This document shows positions 26,647-39,314 of a stretch of DNA of 64,000 nt, one piece after another. The DNA is from Takakia lepidozioides (lineage: Eukaryota > Plantae > Bryophyta). Under the pieces are notes generated by a model. It was not told where the DNA came from. It made no database searches and saw only the letters and a program-made list of their open reading frames with translations. The position numbers were made by a program, and so were the translations under genes. Location of the stretch: assembly GCA_030704615.1 (NCBI GenBank), contig CM060733.1:13764001-13828000 (forward strand), written 5' to 3'. Numbering within the stretch: position 1 is the stretch's first letter; every line of letters starts with the position of its first letter.

Positions 26647-28586
26647 GCCTCAATAAACGCAGCGAGACACACAAAAAAGAAGGGGGAAGAGAACTAGTAT
26701 TCATACAAGGAGAAGAAAAGCTAATTTGCAAAGGCATAACTACCACTACCAAAATGTAAATCCGGGAAAGTGCGATTCCTCTTTTGGAAACCTAATCACC
26801 TTGATATTAACGACTAAACCCCCGAAACGGATACAAAACCTAGCATTAGATGTGGATTGCTATCGATCAAATAGCTATGGATTGAAGAACTATTAACGAT
26901 TGTTTTATCCACAATCGTTACTAGACTTGGACGAGACAGAAGAGGTTAGAGCCACAAATCAACCCCTCAGCTTGGCCAACATGTACTGACATTGTGAACG
27001 AGATGATCCGTGAATTTGAAAGAGATGACTGTAGAAACCATATCAAAAAATTCAAAACAATTCGAGCACTCTCATCTCACATACTCGAGACAGAAAAAAC
27101 CACAGTTCATCAAATCGCTGCTCTGCAACGACAAAGCAGGGCAAAGCTAGGTCAAACTCTTTGCCACCCTTTTACTTATTTATTTTCGCACTTTCCTAGT
27201 TCTCTGACTGGATGACGATACCCAATCTCATCCGACATTCTGTCAGCCGCTTCGAACACACGCGGCACGCCTAACGGTATTCTCTGTACCCAAAATCTCT
27301 GTCGCCACGCCCCTGTCAATACTATACGCACCAGGTACAGCATACCTATGTCAGTAGTCAGTACCTAGCCTCTACGTTACCAACGGAATCTAAAACACAT
27401 AGAAAAAGTACTCTCATGCAGATACTCTAGACATACATACAGTACGCATATACAACGTATTATCCCTGTAATCATAGATAGAAGGAGGGTTTCGCGCACT
27501 TTGCCGGCTGCCTCGCATCATAAGTTTGCAGTACAGAACACGTGCGAATTTCTTACACATCTCTTCCGTTCGTACTCTAAAAACTCGGACGGTCAGTAAA
27601 AACATTAGTCTGTTAAGATCCTGCGAACCAAAATGCGCGACAGGATGACGTGGCTTTGTCAGAAGGAATTTGGCGGAAAGGAAAAGGACAAAGAGGGAAG
27701 AAGCAAAAATGATGGCCCGTGTGGTGATGGGGGTGAGGCTGTTTGGTCCGTTTCTGGCGCGGCGCCCCGGGCTAACCCGGCGCATCGCCGGGGAGCAGGC
27801 CCGGGCGGGGAGTCGTGTTTTGAATCTCCGTTTCGGCAAATTCCAAAGAAGGCGGGGGAGGCTCGAGCAGAGAAATGAAATGGTACTTTTCAGAGAAAAG
27901 AGCGAGGCAAAATTCCAAAGAAAGAGTTTGGTCGAGGTGATGGTGGGGAGGCTCGAACAGAGAGAGAGAGGGATTGCAGTGAGTAGCTATTTCTGGTGCT
28001 GCATTTCTCTTTACGTTTGCGAGAAATAGAGCGCGCGTCATTTGTTGGAGAGAGGAAGGCTGAGGTGAGGTTGAGAGACGTAGAGAAGGTCTTAATCTTC
28101 GATATGCCGTGCGTGATCCGATCCTAGCGTACGAGAGAAAAAGAGCTAGCGTGATTTGTGGTTGTAGGCTTTGGTGCGGAGAGAGGAAGGCTTTGAGTTG
28201 AGAGACAGTAAGAAGTACTCTGGTATTGGTGTGGAGAAAGGAAGGAGAACGAAGCAGAAAGAGGCAGTAGAGGGAGTTAGCCATCGGCGTTGATGCGACC
28301 GGGCTTTAGTGACGGCGACAAGGTTGAAAGAATTCACTGAGGTGTAGGCGTTGAGAAACAGCTGGAGATCTATCTGTTCTCGCAGAGGAAAAGGTTAGGA
28401 ACAAAGATGAGAAAGATTTCCGTCAGTTCTAACTAGAAATGGAGTTCACGAATCCTCCTTGAGGACGTAAACCAACTATCCATGTACAGCTTCAAAGCGA
28501 GTCAAATGCATGAATCATGTGGCCGACATCGTAGTTGAACCAAGCCACAAAACATTCGGAGACATTCAAAGAGAGAAGGAATCAGG

Positions 28587-31500
28587 ATGGGGTTCTTAGG
28601 AGGGCTGGTGTTTGGATTCGCGGTGGGACTCACAACAGTGGTGGGACTACTGTTTGCGATGCAATGTCGGAGTCGAAGGAGAGTACGAAAGGTGTCCTAT
28701 TTTCCCATTTTTCTGTTATGGCCATGGCTTTCTTCCTAGCGATAATTAGTCAGTTGCAATCCAAAGTGACGATGATAGATGGTTACCATTGAGAATCTAT
28801 GGAACTCAATGGTACTCAATTGATCCTATTGTTGTCGTTTATGAGCTATTCGACCGCGTCTTTGATTGTTTTGACTAGGAGCTGTATCGAAAAGATTGCA
28901 TTCGATCTTTGTTTCTCTCTCTAGCTTATCCTTCTCGGATGTGCTTGTAATATGCTCGTACTGTGACTCTCGTAATCGTCTTGGTTTCTTAGAGAAGGTT
29001 ACCTCGGTCTCTCCACAAAATCATGGTTTCCTGAGCAAATGTTGTTGAGCATTTTGTAGCAACTTATTGGTGACCATTGATGCTGACAGCAAGAAGTTAG
29101 GGGCCGGTAGTCTCTTTAATGCATGGAGAAGGTGACATATGTTGGTAGCTGGGTATGAATATTTAGGTTTCGGGCATCCACTTGCTGAGCTCGCTTCGTC
29201 AGGACGAGCTGAGGAAGCTTTGTGGTACCAGCTACCCGAATTGGATATCGTTTCCTACCTTCGAGCGGGTAAATTCGGGGTCATCTTTCTTAGTGTGTTT
29301 GTTGTTGTCCCGTCCCTTCTTGTGCTCGGAAGATAGCAGGGGCGAGAGATACATTTCACTAGCCATTTTTTTCCCCAAAACACAATGTCCTAACAAAATA
29401 AACTCTTTCTTTCATTCTTTCTTCCGGTCGTTATAAAGCACCATTTCATTTCATTTCATTTCATTCTTTCTTCCGGTCCCTTCGTCTATCTTGCATGCCT
29501 GGGTACCCCCTTCTGTCTCTTTTGAGTCCATGCTCATGTAAATTTGATGATGTCAAGGTGCTGACTTCTTTCCCTGCATTATTTGGGTCCCTCGTGCTAC
29601 ATTGATTCTATCTGCAGGTTAAATGGTTGAATCAAAACCTTGAGAAAGTCTGGCCATTTGCTACGGAAGTAAGTCACTCTGGCACACTGTCATTGTGCAT
29701 TTTCATCATTTGGTGTCTGGATACTACCATGAGTTAGTAAAGTCAAGTCTTGTTTGTTCATTTTTGTGGGAGAAAATTATTGGAGGTTTGGGGAGATACA
29801 TGCACAGACAGATTACAGGTTGAGGCATTTAGGTGAGAAAGAAGATACATTCATTAGACTTGCTGGTAGTAGCTTTAAATCCTATGTTTGGTTTGGACAG
29901 AGCAGAAGAGTGAGGAAGGGGGATAGGAGGAAAGCAGGATGGGCCTTTGCCATCATGGAAGACTTTGCCCCATAGTGCAATCTCAAAACTGAGGTGGATT
30001 CTGGATTTCAAATAGAGTGAGCTCATTAACTCCAGCATATGCAGGCAGCCCAAGATTTAATAAAATATTACGTTGAGCCAATGTTGGAGCAGTATCGGCC
30101 TGTTGGTATCCAATCACTGAAGTTTGACAAGCTCCGCCTTGGCACTGTTGCCCCCAAAATTGATGGTGAGTTGCTATCTACACCAATTACACTTCAGGAC
30201 TCTAAGATGCTTGTTGTGGTAAGTCCTTAGCGTGCTCCTGTTTACAAAACGTGTTGTGCTCATTTACGGCACAGTTATATCCTGTAGTTTACTGTAATCT
30301 GGAAAGCTAGCTGAGAAGACAGTCTTGAGATACCAGGTTGGTTCTGCATGACATAGTGAGCTAATTTGTCCTAGGCATAGGTGGCATCAAATAGTGTCCT
30401 ATGAGATGTTGAACAATGTTGACACATTTCTGTTATGACAAATCTGCAAATCGTGGACTGTAGGTGTCAGAGTGCAGAGCTTACGAGAAGGCCAAGTTAT
30501 TTTGGACATGGAATTTCGGTGGGGCGGCAACCCCAGCATCATTCTTGGTGTCCATCCCCTTGTTGGTCCTAGACTGCCTGTGCAGGTGAGTCCAACCTCC
30601 CTTCCCAATTGTAACATTACTGTTCTTGAATAGGGCTCAAGTCGTTTGCAAAATGAGTTGTTCTATTTGAACATTGTCCAATCAGTTTCTTTCTCTTGAC
30701 CTATGTCCTCAGACGTTGAGAAGGTTGTAGTCAGGTTAATTTCAACAGAGCATGCTAGTGTTCCTTTTCCCTGATCTCTTGGCATGTGTGGTATTCTGCT
30801 TGTTTGTTTCAAGGGTACACAGCTCATAGTCTGAGCCTCCTGCCTGAACCTCATGTGCTCATGAATTGATAGATTATTGCTGAATGGACCAGATTTTCCT
30901 TTTGGAAGTTTTGGTTTAGATTACAGAAGATTAGGAACTGACGAAGTTGTTGTCATGGACAATGCATTTTCAGTTAAAGGATCTGTCCTTCTTTGGAACC
31001 ATTCGCGTAATATTTCAACTTACAGATGATATTACATGCATCTCAGCAATTGTTGTAGCACTTCTACCCACGGTAAAATGTAACAACGAATGGCCTCTGT
31101 TTTTCCTTCATTTTACCACTGGACTGCAGCTATCTCTGAAGCTATTTGTGTTACAGTATCTTGAATTCTTATTGTGTTCCACATGTCTTCTGGGCCACTC
31201 ATGGATTAAATTTCTAAGTGTTTCTTCTCTCATTGTCAAAATCAACTTCTAAATTATTCTTTCCTCACTTTGCTCATAAGCTCTATGAGCTTTCCGCGGA
31301 CGTTATAAAGCACTATTTCATTTCATTTCATTTGCTATTCCCTCCTCCCTCATCTTCAACTGGAAGTATTGAACAAAGGGTGCATTGTGTGCATGCAGCC
31401 CCTGCCTCGAATAAAATACACTTTGAAAGTCATCGGTGGCAGCACGAATGTGATTCCTGGCCTGAGCGATATGATTGATGTGAGCACTAAATATTTCAAG

Positions 31501-33432
31501 TCTAATTATTGATTGATTTTGTATCAAATCTTCAAGAGTAGTGTATGGTTGGGATATTACCTGATAAAACCATGACGCTTTCATGAAAACTTGGAGTCTC
31601 CAAATCCACTGACAGACGCTGGCAGGGCTGTGGTGTTCTCACTGCAGCTACTTCCACTACGTATAGAGAATGTGTGGAAACTTCCGCAATCAGTTATAGT
31701 GCATGCTGTGGCTCCAGTATTGATATCCCACATGCATGAACAACAAAAACAGAGGGTCAAATGGCAAAAGATACTGTGAACTAGTCAGGAAGTCATTAAT
31801 TTCATGGGATCTGCATCAAGGAGGGTAAAAATGAGGTACCAGCTGTAGTCAATTTGTGTACCATCTTGTGCTTTTTTTTGTGTTCAGGACATGGTTGAGA
31901 GCCTTGTGGCTGATCAGCTGCAATGGCCACACAGACTCGTTATCCCTATTGGCAATGTATCTCCGGATGTTGTCAGGTTTCTTTCTCTTTTATCCCAGCT
32001 ACCCCCTCCTTCTCTTCATAGGTGTGCGCGAGCACTAACATTTTGGGGTACATATATGAGAATGATGCGCAGATTTGAGAAGAAGGATGTTCGGGTTTGA
32101 TTGATCAAGTATTCTGAGATGTGCTTTACTGAACTTTGGGTATTTGGTGAGATAGATGCCTCCAGACTATGACAGTAGAAAGCCTAATGTGAAGAAATAT
32201 TGTCAAATGTAAGAGCTGTAAACGGCTCCTAAGTTTGTTACTTGTACTGGAAAACATTGTTAAAGTTCTTTTGTGTTTCTGCAGCAATTTGGAGCTGAAA
32301 CTGCAGGGTCGTCTAACTGTGACAATAGTACGGGCCACCCACTTGAAGAACATGGAGATGATTGGCAAGTCGGATCCGTATGTGATCTTGTATGTGCGGG
32401 TTCTTTTTAAAGAGAAAACACGAGTGCATGACAATAACCTCAATCCTGAATTCAATGAGACCTTCGAGTTGAACGTGGAGGACCAAGAAACCCAGACTTT
32501 GATCTTGCTGGTTTGTGCCTCCCCACACCCAATGCTACCAAAATTGTAATAAACTGCGATTGTAGCTAAGAAAAATGGCAGGTCCTGTGTCTATAATGAG
32601 GATGTACTAGCAAAGTGTTCCGTTGAGTACTTCAGCCTGCTGTCTGCTAGGAGAATTACCGTGGGTCAGATGCACAATAATTTTTGTGATGGACCGTCCG
32701 GAAGACTATGAACTGATCAATTTGAATTGAAGATGGTAACTTGTTGTGCAGGTTAAGGATGAAGACCAGTTAGGACAAGACAAGACACTAGGGGTGGCAG
32801 CAATAGCACTTGCGGGATTAAAGCATGATGAATCTACAGAGATTGTAAAGAGTCTCAGCCCCTCTTTGGACACAGACAGAGTGAAGGACAAAAAGAACCG
32901 TGGCTCCATCACTGTGAAAGTAAGTGTGATCCTGAAGGCTTAACTTAGGAGTTTAAGACCAGTGTTTCTTTGTTTATATATAGCAACTATTTGCTAGCCT
33001 GTATTTTTGAGAGGGAAGGTCACTTCCTTGGTAATCGGTCAATTTCATTGGAGATCCAGCTGAGATGACTTGCATAAAACTTTGCAGCTGAAGTACCACC
33101 CATTCACCAAAGAGGAGCAAGTCGCATCAATGGAATCCGAGAAAAAGTTTCTAGATGCCAAAGCGAAGGCCAGCGATTTGGGACTGATAGGAGGCACCAT
33201 GGATGCCTTAGGCGGAGCTGTAGGAGGTGGTGTGAAACTTGTGGGCAGTGGTATAGGCATGGTGGGCACTGGACTAGGTGCTGGCGTTGGTGCTGTTGGC
33301 AGCGGTGTTGGCATGGTCGGGTCGGGTATAGGGCGGGCGGGCAAGCTGATGAGCAAAGGAGTATCACGGCATTTCGGAAACAGTAATAAACTGAATGGAA
33401 ACCCAATTCATGAAAATGGCTCTACCAGGTAG
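28587..33432 (+). CDS. CLB1: Calcium-dependent lipid-binding protein CLB1/SYT7-like (TM-SMP-C2, Gly-rich tail), 502 aa; exons 28587-28691, 29167-29268, 29618-29668, 30045-30165, 30464-30585, 30974-31072, 31399-31479, 31888-31976, 32285-32510, 32752-32919, 33088-33432
   Basis: MGFLGGLVFG TM, PNWISFP.FERVKWLN, CISAIVVALL, LQWPHRLVIPIG, LKNMEMIGKSDPY, YHPFTKEEQ and the GVGMVGSG-rich C-terminus typical of CLB1/SYT7. All introns are GT-AG and exons total 1509 nt. Confidence 0.93.
31268..31335 (+). mobile_element. Short RTEX-like 3'-end copy in CLB1 intron 6 (shorter copy at ~29428-29465 in intron 2)
   Basis: cataagctctatgagctttccgcggacgttataaagcactatttcatttcatttcattt. Confidence 0.8.
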
Positions 33433-34862
33433 ACGCCCTGATTATGGCTGGTGGACTGACGAAGCTTCTTGATGACCAGGCTTCCCACAGAGAGTGCGGA
33501 AAGTGGTGCTGCGCTCGCAAAGTCTCAAGGCTACTCAACTCGAGTGCTTTTGTCCAGATAGCATGAACATTTGGATGGTTGGTGGCTTCACACAGATCAA
33601 GAGATTGGAGGGGCCATTTTCCATTGTACTGCTCTCGTTCAGCAGTCATTAGGAGTTGGAACGCCGCTGTGAAATTGGAGATGTACTCCGACCATTTACT
33701 GATCAGTGTTGTGAATGGTTGTGGCTCTAATCCTTGCTAGACCTGTACTGTCGTCTACAGAAAATTTTGACCCTGTGAATCGGCTTGACCCTTATAGGCC
33801 GCCATTGTGTCGCATTGTTCAACCATTTTCCTGGAGGATGGTCCGCTGAGGCCTTCTGCAATCTGATGCACTACACATGATAAGTGTCATCCCCTAAAAC
33901 CTACTCTTTGTGCTAACAAAATTTTAAATAGCTTTGTTACACTGAAGTTAGCGAGGTTAGTTTGAGATGTCGTGCATGCAACTTGCCCACAATCTCCGAC
34001 TCTAATTTTGGGAAATTCCTAAAGAAGAAATATTCTTGGATCTGTGTGATCTGTGTGATCTCTTAACTTGCAAGCTCCAAATTGTTGAGCAATGGCGTCC
34101 AAGTCCAAGAGTGTGATTATCCACCGTAGGTGTGTGAGCACTGGCAGATTGCAGAAGTATGATTCAGTGTGCGTTGTAGCCATCTTGAAAGCTATTGCCA
34201 ATAAGAAGTTCCTTAACCCTTAATGAGCGATGTGAAGATGTAAGGGTGGACCTCAAGAAGATGTAGCAGGTGCACTTAGGGGGGAAGAAGACGTTGTGAT
34301 TGAGATCCCATGGGACCCTACTGCTCTGGCAGCTCTTGCTGTTGCAAGTGACACGGCTCTGCAGCGCAAGGTAGACTATCCTGCATGAATTGTATCTTAA
34401 GCTGGGGAACAGTATTTTACTGGTAAGCCTCGAAGCCAGGTAGGCTCTGGAGGTTACATGTTGACCAAGAGTTTGCTGCAGGTTGTTGGACCAAGTATCT
34501 CGTGGGTATGGCACCAAGCAGCGGGTATTACTCAAAGAGAGTCTGTTGAATCTTAGGTTAGACACGCACCATGGCCAGCAATGTGCTCTAACTGGACACA
34601 ATGTGAAAAATATTGTGCTAGACTTGTCATGAAAGTTTGAATTCTTCGTCAAGCCAAGTTTGTTCAATTTATCTTGCGAACTGTAGAGTATAGTTACTGG
34701 AAAACTGATTCGGGTGATTCTGCATTAGAGCCCAGGATTGATCAGCTCGGGTCGGTCTTGACGTCTTGACCAGACGAATCCAGACTGTTGTATGGCGCAC
34801 CCGGTCGGTGAAAGTTTAGCATCAGTGGAGCAAGCTTACCTTTTGATTGTCTAGACAAGACT

Positions 34863-35646
34863 ATGAACAACACCAGCGCTAGAGCTGCTGACTGTCGACT
34901 GTTGAGGGATGTACAATTTAAATCACAGATAATACGTATGACGGTGGATACACTTCGTAGCCCCGAGCACCTGGACGTTCTTCTCTCTGGTATGCTGCAG
35001 GGGTGCACCCTCGTCTCCAACAGCGCCGCCAACCCCTACTTGGTCCCGGGTCACCCTCCTTACGAACGGTTCCTGAGCACTTTAACTGAAATTGTCGAGC
35101 AGCGGCGAGGTGGATTCGGTGAGAGACTGATCCCTGATCCCTGTTTATCTGAGCATTGTTAGACTGGAGTTCCGTGGATTCTCTTTCTCTTATTCGATTC
35201 AGTACAATAGTTGGATAAAATAGTTGGATTACGTGATTTTTTCTGCTGTTCCGTTTGGACAGGGGAGCTCTTGGAAGCCACAGCTGCAGGATCATGCTTT
35301 TCCCAATCATGTATTGGAAGTTGTCTTTCATGGGACACCCCCTATGAACGTAGAGCCCATCCTGAGAGACGGCATGAACCCTCACCTGCGGCGTGGAGGC
35401 GGGGGCGATTGGTTTGGATTGAGGGCAGCTGTGAGCATATTTTATACATTCAAGTTGGCTGCATATCTGCCTGGAAGCTGTGTGAAATCTCGAGCTGCTC
35501 AGCTACTCGTCTTCTTTATTATTAGAAGTGATCCGAGTCTTCCAGTTGGATGGACCGGTGATGCGTTGACAGTGAGGTCAATAGCGCCTCAGCTCCCTGT
35601 TGGAACGATTACTGTCAACTCCACGCCCTCACCAAAATTTGGTTGA
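34863..35646 (+). CDS. Putative PARP/ADP-ribosyltransferase-fold protein, split over two frames (possibly a pseudogene)
   Basis: NPYL...YERFL in ORF 34863-35162, and VVFHGTPPMNVEPILRDGMNP...DWFG...QLLVFFII in ORF 35224-35646. No clearly in-frame splice was found. Confidence 0.5.
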
Positions 35647-36976
35647 TTATAAAACCTGACATCTCAGATGTAATCTCATTTGTGATCTTGATGCAATTCT
35701 GGGAAGACTCCAAGTAAACAAAACAATCATTTTCAAAGTTCTATTTCTTGGTGGACATCATATGCGCGAGAACTATCGGACGAGTACTTCTGTTTTCAAT
35801 ACTAAGGAGCAGTCAGAACTTGCTCAAACAGTTTTCATTGTGAAGCAGACAAGACAGACAGTCGCAGTCAGGAGCTGCCCGGCCATTTGAGAAACTCTTT
35901 CCTCAATCTCTACAATGTCCGCTCTAGTCATTTTCTCTTGTCCTCCATCCTCGCGCACAGCTAATCCCTGGAACATGTATGGCCGGGATTGGGTAATCTC
36001 ACGAATTATACACTTTTGTGAGAGATCACGAAAATTATGATGATCGATTCATGAGGTCTCGAGTCTCATTCAAGTTGAGGTATCCAGAAAGGTGGATTCA
36101 TCGCAAGTACACGTGGGCACCAAGTATCTGACAAGTGTTTCCGAGTCCGGTACTGTATGGTGGACCACGGCATGCAGCAAGCTGGTACACAACTGCGGAT
36201 GATCTGTCGGGACTTGCTAATCTCGTGCACATAATGCACGCAACGGCTACAGTTCCCACTGCCTCGTCACTGCACCTCTCTCTCTCCTCTGTCTGGCTCT
36301 AAGTTACACTTTCTTTCTCTTCACATTCGCAGTGTGCGTCATACCATGTGTCATTAAATGCACTCGAAGCAGTGCGGCCCCGGTCGGCAGCTTTGAATCT
36401 GTAACTCAGATTTCTCCCCAAACTGTTACTGCGAGGCTGCTTCCTCTCATTCCTAAGGTGGCGGAACACCACTTTCTTGCTCTGAAGGTGCCCGAACTTT
36501 GTTCCGTCATCGGCCATAATGTGCATCATCGGGGTATGGTGGCGGGAGGATACTTAATGGAAGCTGTATGGTCCTGGTCATGCCCAAATCATCCAAAATG
36601 CGGTTGCCTCTGGATTGCATACACTTGATTTTGGCACTTTAGCCTCCGCTGTACGTCCCGGGGGTGGTCATTGCTGATTTAAGAAATATGGTGCAAACCA
36701 ATGTGAGCAGTGGACAACGGCGGGGAATCATAAAGTAAGGGCCCTCTGTCTTTGCGAGAAATCCCAAAAAGTGATAAACTCAGATTCTATGAACGGCTGC
36801 AGCTCGCAGGCAATAATCTGGTTTAGTAGCAGTAAAGTCGATCGCAAAAATTTTACACCCATTCACTGTATTCAAGCAAGAAAAACAGCCTCCTTCAGAG
36901 TGGGGTTGCATGTGGAGTATAACGACCGAGTTCTGGCCCACGGAGTTATAGCAACTGGTACAATCTTGTCGGTAGA

Positions 36977-38482
36977 TTAATGCGACTTGGTCTTGGCGGG
37001 CACGCTACCATCATTCCCAGCGAGAACCTTGTACTTATCCCTGCGAGTGAAGTTTGTGCACTGGAAACTCAGTGTCCCTGCAATAACCCTTTGGATGTAG
37101 TTGGCCACCTCAACCGATGTTTTTCCACCTGCACATGTAAGCTCCATGGGCAGTTGGTTCAAAAACGTAACCTCGTAGACAGGCCTTGGGTTCATGAAGA
37201 AGAAGAAAGGATCCATGCCCTTCCACCCTGTGGCAGTCGTGCCGTGGAACATGGACATTCTGTTGAACATCGCCACGGGGGCGATCTTGTCCGTCAGCTC
37301 CGCAAAAAGCGCCGAGAATCGTAGAAGAAATGGCTCCCGGCATGTTGTTCCCTCTGGGCAGATGGCCAAGTCTCCTTCTTCCAAAAGCTTGCTGATGTTG
37401 GCAGCATCTTGCTCTCTGTTGCGACTCAAAGCAACCGTCTTGATTGGGGACAGGGCCTCCGAGACACGTGAAATGGAGTATGTGACTGCTGTGATAGGTC
37501 GCCTGAGGGCTACCGACAGGAAGATGGGGTCCAATAAGGTCCGATGGGAGCAGATAAACATGACTCCCTGTTTTCCATCCTTCACTGCAGCTGGGGGTGT
37601 TCCCGTGACCTTTACACGCACCCCGAGGGCAGCGAAAGCGTAGTATGTCAAGGACATGGGGAGCAAGGACGCTGCAGCAATCCGAAGCACGGCAAGAAGG
37701 AAACCGATAGGCATCCAGACGAGGGTGAGAAGTGCGTTGAGTGGAGTGGGGCGTTGCACAAGCCGCCCGTCGTGGAACACGATGGGCTTTGGCAGCTCCT
37801 CCTTTTGCACGGCTTGTACCTTGTTGGCGGGCACCACGTAGCCTTCCTTGCACAGAGCCATGAAGGGGTGGTCAGTCTTGCGGTCGCCGAGGCCAACGTC
37901 CGGTGCATCGTCCCCGAAAGTTGCCTTCAAAGCAATTTCTTTCTTCAGATCCACAAGGACGCCGGGGGCTTTGAGGAAACCTGTTGCGCGCCCGTTCCTG
38001 GTCACCTCGATCTCGGACCCAAGCACCGCATCGGCACCCAGATACTCCTTTGCAAAGGTCTCCACCATTATGCGGGGACTGGCAGTGAGTACATAGCGCT
38101 TCCCAAAGGAGGAAAACACGCGCCATGTCTCTGGGTGCAGATCCTCGCAGTAGAACTTTGGCAGAACCGCGCGGGCTACAGTCTGAATGTGAGTCACTTT
38201 GAGACCAGCAAAGGTGACAAAGATTAACACCTGGATCCCTGCAGCTTCTGAGACGAAGTGATAAAGGAACCAGGCAATGGGGGCGAAGAGGAGGAGGAGG
38301 AGAGAACGGAGATAGCCGCCGGCCTCGAATGCCACCAGCATGAAATAGGGAAATGAGCTCCGCCCTCTGACCAGGGTGCCATCCAAATCGGATATCACCG
38401 TCTGTTTCTCTCGTCCATCGGAGCTGCATTTCTCAATGTAATCGAAGGGCTCCGGCCCAGATATCTTCGCCTTCGGACCCAT
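36977..38482 (-). CDS. GPAT: sn-2 glycerol-3-phosphate acyltransferase/phosphatase, GPAT4/6/8 clade, intronless, 501 aa (copy 1)
   Basis: HAD motifs DLDGTL and GDRKTD; acyltransferase motifs HRTLLD and CPEGT; [11 protein letters not shown]. First ATG is at 38482. Confidence 0.95.
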   Translation of the reverse strand: MGPKAKISGPEPFDYIEKCSSDGREKQTVISDLDGTLVRGRSSFPYFMLVAFEAGGYLRSLLLLLFAPIAWFLYHFVSEAAGIQVLIFVTFAGLKVTHIQTVARAVLPKFYCEDLHPETWRVFSSFGKRYVLTASPRIMVETFAKEYLGADAVLGSEIEVTRNGRATGFLKAPGVLVDLKKEIALKATFGDDAPDVGLGDRKTDHPFMALCKEGYVVPANKVQAVQKEELPKPIVFHDGRLVQRPTPLNALLTLVWMPIGFLLAVLRIAAASLLPMSLTYYAFAALGVRVKVTGTPPAAVKDGKQGVMFICSHRTLLDPIFLSVALRRPITAVTYSISRVSEALSPIKTVALSRNREQDAANISKLLEEGDLAICPEGTTCREPFLLRFSALFAELTDKIAPVAMFNRMSMFHGTTATGWKGMDPFFFFMNPRPVYEVTFLNQLPMELTCAGGKTSVEVANYIQRVIAGTLSFQCTNFTRRDKYKVLAGNDGSVPAKTKSH

Positions 38483-39314
38483 GTTATGTTGTCGAGGAAG
38501 ACCCGGTCTTTCGAAGCTACGTTCTGGCACTGTCAACAGGTTGTGCTCTAAAAGGATCTGAATATGTCGATCGCGACTCTATCAGTCAGACAAGTCGGAG
38601 AGAGAGAGAGATGAGGGTGGTGGCAGCGGGGAGATGAGAGAGAGGGATGGTGTGAGGGAGTGTGCGCAGAGTGCGGGGTATTATACTTTGCGGGGGCACA
38701 CTGCTCAGTCAACCCTCGTTGACCACCACCTGCCTCTGTCGTGCCGCGTCCAACTTATTTCTTACCTCGTCCGCCACCCTCTGCTTCTCCGGGCCCTCAA
38801 AGCTATCATCCTCCGGGCGGCCCAGCCCGACATAGTTTTATGTTTGGCGTGCTGTCCGTCTGCCCAAGTTTTTTCTCTACCCACACGACTGAGCCCTTAC
38901 CGTCTGATTGGCCAATAGTTCAAAGTTCCCTCCGCAAAAATGTTATAATCACCAAAAATTCTCAGCCCACGGCATTTTCTTATCGATAACATAGAGATTC
39001 CATAATGACTGAGTGAGAAGCAGGCAACTTCCGAGTTTGTATGCGCTCAACCGCGTTGACATTTCGTTCGACGGAGTGTCAACGCGGTTGATTCGACGTC
39101 GGTGGCTGTCAACCGCGGGGCCCACCTTCGGACCGCGGTGAAGTGGTGGGTGTTGGCGTCTCTCGCTTTTTATTTTGTTGGGCAGACTGACGGCGCGCAA
39201 GATCCAAATGTTCCACAGAGTGGAAATCTGCCCGTAAGTAAAACAAGCGGCTAGTTGCGTATGGCTCCTCTTTGTGAATAGTAGAATCTACTTACATCCA
39301 TACTAAACTTGAAA

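Noticed and set aside
27414-28284. ORFs between SYT and CLB1
   Set aside because: Low-complexity GC/GA-rich promoter or UTR sequence without protein motifs.
5225-33432. Calcium-signalling gene cluster (GAD, whose plant homologs bind calmodulin, plus two C2 proteins)
   Set aside because: Adjacency alone gives no evidence of functional clustering with GAD.
37110-38429. Long overlapping alternative-frame and antisense ORFs in the GPAT copies
   Set aside because: Shadow ORFs of a GC-rich CDS with no recognisable motifs.
38483-38536. 18-aa N-terminal extension of GPAT in the ORF track
   Set aside because: It starts at TTG; the first ATG is at 38482 (61420 in copy 2).
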